64,000 nucleotides of DNA from Marsupella aquatica. Lineage: Eukaryota; Plantae; Marchantiophyta. The position numbers were made by a program, and so were the translations under genes. Each line of letters starts with the position of its first letter. Positions within the stretch are counted from its first letter, which is position 1. The notes under the pieces are model-generated. The model saw only the letters and a list, made by a program, of their open reading frames with translations, had not been told where the DNA came from and did not search any database. The stretch spans positions 9,709,440 to 9,773,439 of the forward strand of contig OZ316894.1 in assembly GCA_973895155.1 (NCBI GenBank), written 5' to 3'. Positions 46,183-59,529 of the stretch are shown here, one piece after another.

Positions 46183-49100
46183 TCACGAAATGTAAGCCTT
46201 TGAAAGATCTGTGAAGTTGCAGACAATCCCTGTCCTTGGGCAGGTTACTTTTCCCTGATTCTTTTTTGCCATGTCCTCCAGAGCCTGTCAAAACGGATCA
46301 AGCAGATATGAATATTGATAATACTGATCGCCCTACATGATTGTCCAATTCAAGATTGAAGGGGTAGTTTTAGTGAATCTCGAATTGAGCCCAGGACGCA
46401 TTCCACAGGACCAATTGGATATCTGTATCCAGGCGATGGAGTGAGAATCTATTGAACGGCACAGCTGCATGACCAGAAATTTCCTAATCTTAATTCTATA
46501 CTCAAGCTCACGACAAGCCTCCTATATAACATGAGGAAGGAGAAAAGTGACCACTACGACAAAGTTTTGGGGAGAGTACCTTTCTGCTGTACACATATCC
46601 ATTTGGCAATACCAAAGGGGGGTTATCCTCATTCATGAGCTCTTTCGAGATGAAGCACACGAGCTTTGAGTGAATGTGTTTTGCAAATGGCAACGGCTCT
46701 GCAAGCTGCCTGAATGTGATTTGCGAAAGAGGGTCTTCTTTTGTACACCCATCTTCATAACAAAACCTGATGATCGCGGGCAGCTTAACTGGATCATTAT
46801 TGCCTTCCACACACAAGACAAGTAGCAACCTAATGATAGCAGATGTACTACACAAAGAATTCATGATCTCATCTTCAAGCCCATCTTGGAGATACTAGCG
46901 ACATGAAACATTCACAAAGAGCATATAATCCGCTCTTGGGGAAAGGAAAACCAAAGCATGAAATGGTTCTAGAACCTTGCACTAGAACTATCAGATGTAA
47001 ACTTACGGAGTCTTGAGAGCAGACAACCCAGCTTGCAAATGGATTTTCAACAAGGGCTCCAGTGTCATTCCATAAAGTTTGTAAAACTCCTGCTTAAATT
47101 GTTGAATGAGATTGTCCCACTGCTTTTCATCAAACAAAATCTGCTGACCACCGCAAAGCCATAGTACCAATATCAAGCCCAAAACAGCGATTGCCATGAT
47201 GGAAAGTGATATCTACAACTTGGCATTACCAAGAATACACAAATAGGTCTCTCATTTTCATTCACACTATCTGACAAGACAAGAGCCCCCCAACTCTCCC
47301 TCAGTTTTTGTTTGCATATTTACCAAAGCAGGTGAGGGCAGTTATTATCAATTACCAAATCGCAGGACATTCCACCAAGGTTTGCACAGGCCGGACATAG
47401 ATGGATGGCCCCCGGTTCTGCAGGTGCCGCCTGGTTTGTCCCGACCAATGCATTCTTTTCGTGGAGCCACTTCTGGTATCCAGCCTTTTATGTTCACATC
47501 CACATGACATCTACAGTCCTGTTTTTTACTTATATGATGAGGATTTCATGCCTGGCTGATAAGGACGACACTGTTGAGTTTTTAGAAGGACTATTGGTAC
47601 TAGAGAAAGAGAGACCTGATTGACTTCAAGAAGACCTGAACCTGTTAGTTAACTAAGACATGGAAGAACCCAGGTCGTCGTCCTATAAAAATGTGCCCTT
47701 TGGAAGTCCAGGGAAAGGTAATAGGTTGAGAATCTGTTTCATATCCCACCCTAAGACAAAGGGATTGAGCGTTCATCGGGTGTTGTGGCACTTTTCTATA
47801 ATGCACATGAATCTACAGATTTTCATCATTGAAGATGTAGCAGAGACAAGGCCTGCGTTAACATTAACTCACACATTGACATGCAAACAACGTAGCTAAG
47901 GAGAAGCAAAGCTTGATCTCTAGTTCGTACTCACGCAAGACCATGATTCACACCTTGTAGCTGGCACAGTCGGTATTACTCTTGAATGCAAGAGTAGCCA
48001 TGGCTTGCTGTAGCTCTTTCATATTGGTGCTTCCCCAAGCGGCTAGATACTTTCGAGCATACATAATAGCATCCATCATCTTCTCAGCTCGTACTAACTC
48101 AATAAACTCTTGCAGCCTCAGCTTAAACTCGAACTTACTCTGTCGAAATACATTTAAAGCAAATTTACACAAAGAGTCAGCAGGGAATGCTCGCAAAGAG
48201 TCCCTCCAGTTCCCAAAGTACGGGCGTAAATCACTTCTATCGGCAGAACTAATCATGCATCCCCACTAACCACTTAACAGCTAGAAGTCTTCCAGTGAAA
48301 AGGTAGCATTCCAGCGGGAGAATGATGGACACTATCGAGCTCATGAACAGTAAAAACGGTCATAACTTTGTTGCAAATACTCAAGCAGTCCTACATCTAA
48401 GTCAGGCTGGTCAGAATATAGTTTACGAATTGAACATGAAATGGAACTGATCTTTGAACTAGCATTGCAAGGATATTTTGTTGCACGCCTTACCGATGGC
48501 ATTACCTTAGCCTTTCTAAGCTTGGACTTGTTATCAGCACACCAAGCCAGAGCATCAGAACAGTCTCTATTTCGAAGAGCTTCCACAACCTTCCTTGCGT
48601 CTAAGAAAATTTCAATGTCTGCGAGATCCTGCGCAATCCCACCATCAAAACACTTCTCAATTCTCCCCATAACTGGAGTCTCTTCTTAGCAAGGAACAAC
48701 TGCTCTATCTCTGTCCCAACCCGATTTGACGTACGCAGTCCACACATGGTAGTCCCGGTGTTTGTTTGTTTTGCTTTGAGTTCAGTGGGAAGTAATTTTG
48801 TATCCTTTGATACTGGCAAAGCTCTCCCTTGCAAGCTTTTTAATTCAGTTGCCGAATGGTTACAGCATTCTGATCTCAGCCTACTATATTGATTTCTGAT
48901 TTTGCTTTAAAATGTTAAGATTGTCCATTGACTCTGAAGACTCCTTACAAGTGGCAAGTGTGCACCCTGAGGTGCTGGTGCCTTCAGGGGACTTGGGCCA
49001 GAATTGGGGACAAATCGTGGCTCACTTCAGCAAAGGATTCCTCAAATACACGATATCTGCAAAGGTCAGTGCGCCAGTACTCGTGGAAAAATCAGGATAA

Positions 49101-50359
49101 CTCTCATGAGTGTCTCACAAAAGTCGCCACATACGGTTCATAGATGTTTTTGACGAGACGTATCAAACCTTCGAGATAGGATGTTTTACAAAAGGAAATC
49201 ATTTTCACCTGTATATTTGCTGACTCCGCGAGCTTCATTGCAGTGTCATAATAGGAGGAACGCAGCATGTAGTCAACCAGTATGCGCTCAACACGCTTAC
49301 TGTTCCATTTGATCTGTGTCTCCTTAGAGCTCAAGCTCAAAATACTCAGGTGGTCAAGGCGAGCACGGCAACGCTGTACCTGGCCCTGCTCGTTCTTGTG
49401 ACTTTCATCTAGCTGAAAAATGACACAGAAAATTTAATAACAGTCAGGAGTAGCTGAGACGAGAAATGGGAAGACCGTAAATGCGTCTCCCGTCGAAATT
49501 CAAGAAACTTCCACATGCCAAAATCAACTATCAGCTCGTATGAACTCCTTCAAGGACATGATGTCCACCACTCGCAAATTAGGTCTGCCAAATTGACCAA
49601 GCTGAGACGATTGTCTGAACTCTTCTCATTGTTTAACAATCATCCTTTGCAAGGCATGCACAGCATTCAACTTATGGATAGAATCTGCTAAATCCATGTC
49701 GTTATTAAGCAAAATGGCGAAAAACGTCAGGAGGAAGGGAAGTTCAAGAGACAAAACCAATGTGCACTCGCAATGAATTAAAACCTGAAACGTGATAAGG
49801 TAACCTTGCAAAGGCAGAGTAGCACAGGGTTGCCCTGCGGAGCACAACAAGTCCCACATTTGCATTCTGTACGACCAATCTCCATCCTTGCCTACTCTAC
49901 CACCCTTCCGTCAACTTGTCACGGAAGGTCACTTCAGTGAAGTCATTCGATGGTTTGCGATTCCTTTACGTCAGAGCATGGAACAGACATGCCAAATGCT
50001 GTTCCACCAGTCAACATGGAGAAAGGAGTGGGCGCCGAACAAAACAGAGAGACAGAGATTGATAGAGAGATACATACTTTTCGTTTCAGGCCTTGCAATC
50101 GAGAAACCAGCGATGTGAGATGCTGGACAGTCTCGTCCTTCGACATCTCCTTGTCTACTGCTTCGGTAACACCAGCCACAACAGCACTCACCTCCTTCTC
50201 TACAAGCCGTGTCGTCACACGCATAGATTTCTTAAGGTGCTCGTAGGGTACTTTCACCAGTTGGTGCTCTAACTTGACAGCCTCTGCCAGATGGTCATTC
50301 AAGCGCAGGGGTGGCGCTGCTAGGGCCGAGTTCCCATTAGTGGCACTCTCGGAATCCAT
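46183..50359 (-). CDS. MAEA: MAEA/GID9 (FYV10) subunit of the CTLH/GID E3 ubiquitin ligase, 7 exons, 405 aa
   Basis: Exons are 50359-50078, 49412-49209, 48628-48506, 48139-47954, 47140-47007, 46766-46580 and 46284-46183. All introns are GT-AG and in phase. Domains: KLEHQLVKVPYEHLKK, LisH (RILVDYMLRSSYYDTA), CTLH (ALAWCADNK..FEFKLRLQEFIELVR), CRA, and a degenerate RING (HSKLVCFISKELMNEDNPPLVLPNGYVYS..VTCPRTG). Confidence 0.96.
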
Positions 50360-51359
50360 TTTCCTGGAACGCAATGGAACGATAGCTACCGCAGGCTGGC
50401 GTCACCAGTAAATCGGAGTTGTTTCAAAGAAAATGAAACCCTTGGAGATGAAAATTCTACTCCCCTATTATGCAACCCCCGGGGGCAAATGGCATGAAGA
50501 GATAATCCGTAGTCACTGGCCGAACTGAGATAAATTGCGATCGGTCGGGTAGGTACTAGAGAATGATGTGTTCTCCCTAATGCCGTGCGACATACTAAAA
50601 TTGCATCGTAGGACTACCTCCCGGAACGACCACTCCTGAAGTGGACGGTAGCCCCTTGCCCGCAATTCTCCATTCTTCAGATCAGTCTCTCCAAACCGAC
50701 CGATCAACCAGTCCAATCTAATCCAATTCAGCCCGTCACGCAACAAACATTGACCTTGTCGGATCCAAATTCCAAAACGAAAGAAAGGCACCTCTCTCGC
50801 AGTCTACCGTAATCTGCGAACACACATCCAACCCCTACTTCGATTCTTTCCTTCCCTCGAGCAACCGAGACTGACGGAAAACCTTCTTCCTTCCAAGATC
50901 GCCACCCTGCCTGCCTGAAATCTCTTTGCGAAGACCAACAGAAGCCCTTATTAATCCGAAATGACGCTCATCGCTTAGAGGAAACACAACTGGTGATCAA
51001 CCATTGATGACTAAAGTGACTCGAACAACAGCGATCCTGTCCGAAAGTGGCACCTGATGAATTACTCTCTCAGGCCACAGAAATTCGTTCTCTGAATGCG
51101 GTCTCTTCTCTTGTGGTTCTTGAGCTGTGCTCGGTCCGTTCCGAGAGAGGCGAATTACGTGATCAATGAACAATCGCTCGCGCCGCTCCCGTCATGAAGG
51201 TGGTGGTCGAGGATGAGCGGCACATGGAGAGGGCTTGAGGAGGTCGAGGATATGGAATGGGATTCCGGTCGAATTCCGAAACGGAGGCAATTGGGAGATG
51301 ACGGATCGACTCTTTGTCCAGAATCACCGTATTCTGTACAAGGATGGATACATATATAC

Positions 51360-51780
51360 GTCACTAATCAAACTCTCATTTCACACTAAGGGGGGGGGGG
51401 AGTTATATACACCACTCATCAAACTCTCAATTCACACTAAGGGGGGGCAGTTATATAACCACTCATCAAACTCTCAATTCACACTAAGGGGGGCAGTTAT
51501 ATACACCAACTCTCAGTTCACACTAAGGGGGGCAGTTATATACACCACTCATCAAACTCTCAATTCACACTAAGGGGGGGGGGCAGTTATATAACCACTC
51601 ATCAAACTCTCAATTCACACTAAGGGGGGCAGTTATATACACCACTCATCAGACTCTCACTTCACAAGGAGGGGGGCAGTTATATACACCACTCATCAAA
51701 CTCTCAATTCACACTAAGGGGGGCAGTTATATACACCACTCATCAAACTCTCAATTCACACTAAGGGGGCAGTTACATAC
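51360..51780. repeat. Minisatellite, ~48-50 bp unit, about 9 copies with variable G run
   Basis: cacactaag(g)n-cagttatatacaccactcatcaaactctcaatt is repeated. Confidence 0.97.
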
Positions 51781-52514
51781 TACCCTGTTGCCCAGCACAG
51801 CGCCAAATAATGGGCCATTGGGAGCTCTATTAGGGGTCTCAAATATGGATCCATTTGGCTTGATCTCCAGTGAGGGGCATTTTATTAGGGGGTATCACAT
51901 ATGGATCCATATCACTTGATCTCCAGCGGGATAGTGCCTGTGTGCTTAAGTTTGACCAGTGTGCAGATCTTCTAAATAAGTTCTTTTTTTTATGTTGTAA
52001 AAGCCACGACATGGGGGCGGGCGGGACCTGCCAGTGGGAAATCATGAAATCCTGCAAAACAAGTGTGTGGGCTAGGCTCTGGGAGGGCTGCACATTTTTT
52101 GGGCCCTGTCCATCCCAAACTAATCTGGGACTGTCATGAAGCTACCCATGCATCACATTTGAGTCCCCCTATTGAAATGGTGTGCCCAGTGCCAATCCCA
52201 GGGACTCCAAAATCCCATCTTATCCCAATGAGTTTGTCATGCCAGTGGTAGTAGGATTTTGAGACCTGAGTTTGTATTTGGCCATGAGATATTTTTGGTA
52301 AGGTTTAGTTTATATCACCAGGTCCTCCAAAGAGCACTTTGGTCAAAAAGAAGAATAAACTTCATATGATTGGGTAGAGCGAAACCCTTGACCATAATGT
52401 ATTCACTACCATGCTAACTTTGTGTCTTTGCTGTATTTGTCAAGAGTACAGTAGTAATATTCTGAACCATCCTACACAGGTTCCAATTTTGAGATCCCAC
52501 TACAAATGATTTCC

Positions 52515-52850
52515 TTGTGCTCTTCACTGGGTCTCCTGCTTATGGAGCTTTTTGTTCTTTGGCAGTGTGATACTTAAAGTTTGTGCTGTGCTCTTTACTG
52601 GGTCTCCTGCTTTATGGAGCTTTTGTTCTTTGGCAGTGTAATACTTAAAGTTGTGCTCTTCACTGGGTCTCCTGCTTTATGGAGTTTTTTGTTCTTTGGC
52701 AGTGTGATACTTAAATTATGGAGCTTTTGAAGCTTTTTGTTGTGGAGAATTATTGTAGGGCCCAACCTTTGTTACCAAAATTTATGGAGCTTTTTCTTCT
52801 TTGGTAGTGTGATACTTAAATTTATGGAGCTTTACGTTCTTTGGCAACAC
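52515..52850. repeat. Degenerate ~65-70 bp tandem repeats
   Basis: tgtgctctt.actgggtctcctgc.ttatggagctttttgttctttggcagtgtgatacttaaa occurs 3 times, followed by partial copies. Confidence 0.85.
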
Positions 52851-54021
52851 GCTTCTCTTTTTAGTGTTGGGTCCTAAAGGAGAATTCTCTCTGTTGATTT
52901 AGATCTGACTGGAGAATTGTTGTAGGGCCCAACTCTTGTTACCAAAACAAATTGCAGTTACACGTGAAAGTGCTTCTAGTTCGAGGTGAATGATACATAG
53001 TCCCAAGATTTTTGTTAGATTTTTTCAATTGGATTTTGTAATCTTCACCAATTTTGATTACGTAGGCTCCACTCAATCATATGTTGCGGTATGAAGTGTG
53101 GATATATGTGTATTGTATTCTGTGACTTTGTCTCTACTTGTACGTAGAATTTCGAAAGCGGGAATTCTCTAAACAGGCGAAATCACATGTGCGAAACGAA
53201 TATGTTGACTTGACATGTCAAAAGTTCTTTCGATTCCTGAAGTCATGTTGGTTGTCTCTGCTCTTGTGTTCTTCATTGCCACCTCTACACTCGTCTCTAC
53301 GAAACCTTAAGATCGATGGGCAAAGATGATATGCTATTGGAAGATTACATATCACTCTGGAATGACTAGCATAGAGTGTAGGAGTAGGAATTGCTTTACT
53401 GGAAGGTAAACCAGTCCATGACCACGCAATCCAGATTTTGGATCCATGTGACATTTTGGATCAAGAGAGGTTCAAGTCGAGTAAGGGGCTGAGTTGAAGC
53501 GGCTAATCAGTTTCGTAAAGCTTTGTGACCTGCTAGCCCATTCGTAATATCTTCCGATATTAAAGTGGATCCAGAATGTCAAAGATTAGTGATATAGCCA
53601 CGGATTAGCAACACACCGCTTGTAAAATGAAACCTTATCATGCCAAAATACCAGACATAAAATGTTCCTTTTGGAAAGAGCAATGGCATGTTGAAAGCTG
53701 CCCTCCATAGCGCACAGGGAAATACAAGTAATGGTAATAAAAGGATTTAAGGAGCCCCTCTTGGATTGCACAATTAAAACAAGTGCCCTGCATCTAGCTA
53801 AGTATCAGAACGCCTTCCGAATATCCGTATGGGGTTCTAGCGGTCCAAAAATTGTTGATGCGAACCCTTCTCATGAGCGAAAACTTAGTTAAGACCGTGC
53901 TTTAAATCTCAACTAGCACATGAGATTCACTGGTATGGAAAGGCAAGGTTTACTAAGATATAAACCGATGGAGAACCAGACTCAAATCACAACCAGCTTG
54001 TCCGTAATGAATACAGAGCAT

Positions 54022-56166
54022 CTACTCAAGGGGTAGTGGGGCCTCTTTCGACTGAGCAGCTATTGCTGCTTGTTGGGCATCCTTCGCTTCTCTTGTTTCT
54101 CTCTCTTCTTGAAGACTGGTGATTCTAAACCTGGGTGTGACGGGTGCTGTGGTTTTAGACGGATCCTTTCTATCTATACTAGGACCACCTAAGAAAACTT
54201 TATACAAAACATTATTTAAAACTGTTAACACCAGCAATGCAATCGCAGCATATACGAAGAACTCTGTGGTAAGAGTTGGCCATTGCAACTTGGTCCCACT
54301 TCCATTCACTGTATTTTGTTGATTATCTGAATCCCCTGCCATCATGATCCAATCACATTAGCATTGTCGGAGAACATGTAGCTATGTAAGAATTTCACGA
54401 ATGAAGAAACGAAGAATAAATTTCGACAACACATACTCCAGTACACTCACCCTCGATCCTGTGCTCCTACGTTAACTTGAAAAACCTTATGAAACATCAT
54501 TTGCAGAAAAGCCTTAACCGAAATACATTGCAGTGATATTTTCTTCATGTTCTAGTCCATGAAAACTGACTTTAAATAAGAGAATAGAGTTTTGATCTTC
54601 ATATTTTTCATCCATGACCAGTAGGCTTAGCTACAAACTCTTCACTCGGAACAGTCGTGCATCATCCAGAGCCTTCATGTTCTAGTCCATGAAAGTTGAC
54701 TGTAAACTGACTTTAAATAAGAGAACAGATAATTTGATCCTCATATTTTTCATCCATGACCAGTTGGCTTAAATACAAACCCTTCACTCGGAAAGTCGTG
54801 TGCATCATCCCGAGCCTTCATGATTCATTCGTCTTATACTTCTCCACTCAATACGACCGAAACTCTGGACATGGGCTAGCACAGTGCAGACATTAATATG
54901 CATACCGGTACCTAGAGTCTGTCGGGGAATAGGAATTTGCCGAGGAGCGGAAGTTTCTCGGCTCGAAAGCACTTTAAGCTGCTGGTCTAAATCGTCGAGA
55001 GACCATCTCTCGGATACAGCCTCCCGAGGCTCCTCTCCTTCACCCTCTTCTGCAGCAACTTGAACTCTATTTCTCCTTCTCGTCTATTTTCCACAAGACA
55101 TCCATTCCATATGTGAGGTCCATAGTGAAACCCGCCACTCCATTTTAAACGGTCCCAATGCTACATTTAAGTCTGGCCAATCATTACTTCAAAGATTCAG
55201 ATAGGCCAGGACACACAACCTTAAGCCCTCGAGGACTGAGTTCAGATTGAAGGAGATTTTGACCAGTAGCTAAACCCAAACATTCACTCCAATCTGCCTA
55301 ACCCGGATGAGTCACCCAATATTCAGCATTGAAAGCGCGGATGACAAGTAGGTATTTTGCTGCCTCGCAAATCTGACTTACTGAATTCGTTACTCTGCTA
55401 AATTTCCGACTAGAACATCACCAAAAAAGAATTTGGAGCGGACGATAGCAGAACGAATCCCAACCCGAGAAACAATGCAGGAGATGAGACGGATTGCTTA
55501 CGGAAATGACAAACTACTAGGATAAAGTTTTCTGGTTCTTGCGTGTCTGCGCTGGGCCACAGTAAGGGCCTTCACTTCCGTAAATGCAAGAAAGCGGAGG
55601 CCCTTTCAAAGCGCACTGGAAATACCATCACTCTGTCAAATGGTTTAAACTTCAGAGACATATCTTCGCACAGGGAAGCTTCTGACATATGACATCCGAG
55701 TGAGAGTTGAAACCAACCCTTTCCCAAGCTCCTCTAGGGCGAATAAATGCTATTCTGTGCAAATCTCTGTCGCCCATCCATCCACTAAGTCCTCCAGCGG
55801 ACCAAAATCATTCACTCCATTCACAAAAAAGTCCGTTTTGCAAGCGAGAAGAAGGTGAAAGCGCAAGACAACTCAGGCGGGAAAGGAACAAACGAAATGA
55901 AACGAAACGAAACGAAACGAGAGCCGTCAGTGCAGGTCGGTACTTACCTGATGAAAAACTCGGCCATGCTTCCTCAGGTCTTGACGAGAACATGCCAACA
56001 ATTCCGAAGCAAAACCTGCCGAAGAGGAGGAAGAAGAAGAGGCCGAGTTCGCACATGAGGCTCTCACTCGAAAGCAATCGAATGTCGGCAGCGATGCAGG
56101 GACGTCCCACTGGTTCGACAGGAGCTGTGATTGCGCCGCAGCGACTATTCCACAGGAAGCGGCCAT
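54022..56166 (-). CDS. Uncharacterised single-pass membrane protein with predicted plastid transit peptide, 3 exons, ~234 aa
   Basis: Exons are 56166-55948 (MAASCGIVAAAQ..Ser-rich..FHQ|GTAAGT), 55083-54912 (..WSLDDLDQQLKVLSS..) and 54335-54022 (WPTLTTEFFVYAAIALLVLTVLNNVLYKVFL TM segment). Splice phases 0 and 1 are consistent. Confidence 0.75.
54544..54822. repeat. Intronic tandem duplication (~130-145 bp)
   Basis: ttcatgttctagtccatgaaa...actgactttaaataagagaa...catccatgaccagt...cttcactcggaa..gtcgtg..catcatcc.gagccttcatg occurs twice. Confidence 0.9.
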
Positions 56167-56249
56167 CGCTCTCCACTTTGAAACTCTTCCAAGCTTCGTC
56201 TCACTAAATTGGCTCTTCGACGTGCTTCTTCTCCTGCTGCTTTCCCTAT

Positions 56250-56450
56250 CCCTTTTTAAACCACCAATGTCCATATAAGAGGAGAAAAACCTTTTAAACC
56301 ACCACTGTCCATATAAATAAGAGAATGTACAAAACTTCTCCCATTTTCACATTCCTAACTTTTTAAACCACTACTTACCATATGAAAGGAGAAAAGCCAC
56401 CACTGTCCATATAAAAAAGATGTACAAAACTTCTCCCATTTTCATATTAC
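56250..56450. repeat. Short degenerate repeats upstream of the membrane-protein gene
   Basis: ttttaaaccacca.tgtccatataa occurs 3-4 times and tgtacaaaacttctcccattttca occurs twice. A related copy lies near 57680. Confidence 0.65.
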
Positions 56451-58709
56451 TCTCCTTTTGAGTGAGACTTTGCTCCATAATTTGACTAACAAATATTAAA
56501 AATGGTGAAACTTGGTGTATCCAGGTTTTGTCATGGAGAGTGGTTTTTGTCATGAACAGTAGCACTTTAAACTCAGCCTACAGTATCCTTCATGGGCCAA
56601 CCGTGGCCTCTTTTTCTTTTTTCATGAGCCCTTTTGAATAGGATAATGTCCTGGTGAGAGGGCATTATGAGATACAATGCCCCCCAGAATGAGGGCCCTA
56701 GCCCAAGTTTTGAGGGGCATTATTATCATAATGCTTGTGACTAGTATATATATTTGAGTGACTTTTCCATAAGCGACAAGAAAAAGTGAATATCTGAAAT
56801 AGAAATTGAACTTAAAGGCCATGCAAGAAGTCTCATAGAAGGAACTCCTTGTTTGGACTGGATTTGGGATTGCGCATGATGCCTACTATTTTTTCAAGTT
56901 AATCCCTTGAGGGCGATTGACATTGGTGCACTCTCTGAATGCAATACTAATTGAGTGAGAAGAATTTTGTGTGAAAAAAGAAGAGGATCAATTGACTAAC
57001 AAAATACTGGGATCAAGGGTTCAATGGTACAAATAAATCAGATGTGAATTGAAATAAGAAATTAATAGCCTATTTGAAAGCCAGATAATAATGAAATTGA
57101 ATGTCAGGTAGGTCCTTGGCCACCATGGGGGACCCAATGAGAGGCTTTTTGCCTGGCAGGGCCCATCAAGTCCAGTTTGCAGCAGTTTATCTAGGTTTAG
57201 ACAGTCCAGTTGAGCTTCACAAATAACCTTGAAGTTATGTCCACCCTGGCTTAAACTTCAGCTTCAAGTTTGAGAGATGAAGATAATCAAGACAAAACAC
57301 ACAATCTATTTTTCTGAGTGCCATGCACTCTCTGAGTCAGGGTCTCCTCCTAGAATTAAGTAAGTCACTAGATCTTGTCGGGGATTAAATTGGGGGCGGT
57401 CATGACATGGGACCAGCCAGAGTTATTTCTGAGCATGTCCTGGGCAGCCAGGATTTGTTTCACAACATTCTAAAAACATAATCAAAAGCTCAAACAAGTA
57501 CATGTTTGGACATCAAGGAAAGTAAAAGTGACATCAGTACGTGATTGGCTATTTGCTATATAAAAGTCGAATTCCAGTTTCATTGTACTGACTCACTCTT
57601 GTACTAAATTAGTGCACCACACTTGCTCCAAACAATCTGGCTATGTGGTCACTCTATGATTGACCATGATTTTCTCTTTCTTTTAAACCACAACTGCCCA
57701 TATACAAGGGGAAGTGTTTAAGATTTTTAGCTTGTTCACATTCCACTCACTTCACTTCTTTCCTCTAAGGTGCGCCTCCACAATTTTGGGAAATATTGAC
57801 TGTGATAGTGAAATTTGGATCCTACAAGTAAACCATTAACCCCTGAATGGGCAACTGTGGTTGCAAACCTTCCGCCAGCAAGCTGTGCAACTAGGTTGCA
57901 AGTAAGGGAAACCCCTGTTTATGTATATATATACAACTATCACACCTGCCTGTGGTGCATAGCACATTTGACTTGCCCAAATTAAGCAGCTTCACACACA
58001 ACCCACCTTACATGCAAGCGCAATCTGGAGTAGAGCTGCATGGACAGGTAGTGAACTGGACACTGCTGGTCACAAGTCACCCCTGACCACCTGATCTAAC
58101 CACCAGGCCCCATTCATGTGGTTTCAGAGAGAATGTTGCTAGCTTATCAAGTTTTGAATGCTTTATTTTGCAGGAAGGAGTAACCAAACCAAAAAGGGGA
58201 TGAATGAATATTCATACCAAGGCCTCGTTTGGGTTCATGACACTCGTTTGAATGGGTATAGGAAACTTTTGGTCTTTAGTTTTCAGGTCTAATTGTGGCT
58301 TTGCAAGATTTTTCTAAGATAGAATCTAGGCAAAACATCTTTTGAAATGAAATCAATAAATCAATGAAGGAGTCAAATGTTTGGACCACCTCCAGAGGTG
58401 GTCCCAAATTCTAGACAATATAGGCACTACACATCAACATTTCTTGGGCCCACTGCTCACCATGCAGGATCTGTAGACGTCATACATAATCCTGAGTTCT
58501 TGTAGGGCTAGCTATACCCTTTTCCACTCACTAAATGGTCCAGATTTAATCTCACAGAGAAGGAAAGAAATAATGGGCCCAAGGTCTTGTAAAGCCACTG
58601 TAATCAGAGAAGGGGTGGATGCCTGTGAGGTAAGGTTAACTGCAGTCAAACTGCAAACCACTGTTTGAATACAAAACAGTACTGCAAAGTCATCTCTATC
58701 TAAGTGCAC

Positions 58710-59093
58710 GAACTCAAAGCCCTCATGGACACACACGTTTGTTGGGACTACCCGGATGGACACAACCATGTGACACTGTAAGAAGAATCTCCAATTACAC
58801 CTAACAATCGGATTACCATCTTTCATTAATGGAAGGAAACCCAGCTTTAGACCTTATGGTTGAGTTAGATGGTCTCCACATCCTTGCAGGGAGGAAAAAG
58901 TGGACAGACTACCGGAAGAATCAACCAAAAACCAACTGGTCCCGGACACATACCTCCTTACAGGTCACTTGGGAGTACAATCAAAAAGCGTGTTACACGA
59001 GCAAAAAATGAAGTTCAGGTTGTGTCTATCTGGGTTGTGTGTGTCCATCCGGGCTTTCTTCGAACCGTGTGTGTCCATGAGAGCTTTAAGTTC
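58710..59093. mobile_element. Mutator-like MITE (384 bp) with ~60-bp TIRs and 10-bp TSD
   Basis: TSD CTAAGTGCAC lies at 58700-58709 and 59094-59103. Left TIR gaactcaaagccctcatggacacacacg...cccggatggacac; right TIR (rc) gaacttaaagctctcatggacacacacg...cccggatggacac. Confidence 0.88.
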
Positions 59094-59529
59094 CTAAGTG
59101 CACACTCCCGGGAAAAAGCATCCGATGTGCATCTAATGCAGCTTTTCACAACTGTAAAAAATGTGAGGATGTGTACTTATTGATAAGAGTGGACAGTGCC
59201 TCGAAGAGCAATGGGCCCTCTATCAGTGACTCTTCTTGTGACTTCCTTCCCAAATTGTACATTCCTGTCCTAGACATAATCCCCTATCTCATGAGTGCAA
59301 TTTTTACCCTACACAACAAATGACATGCACTCTAAATAAGTGCAGAAAAAAGTGCGCTTATCCATAGTGTTCAGAATCACTTCTAGAGGGTTTGCACACA
59401 TATATAGTTCAGTGCCCTCTGTGCACTTGAAAAACTGCAAAATCTGGGCAGGGAAAAAGGGAATGCCTTGGAATTAGCCATGGACAACTCTTAAGGTTCA
59501 GCATGAGATCTGAGCTCGTACAAACCCTA

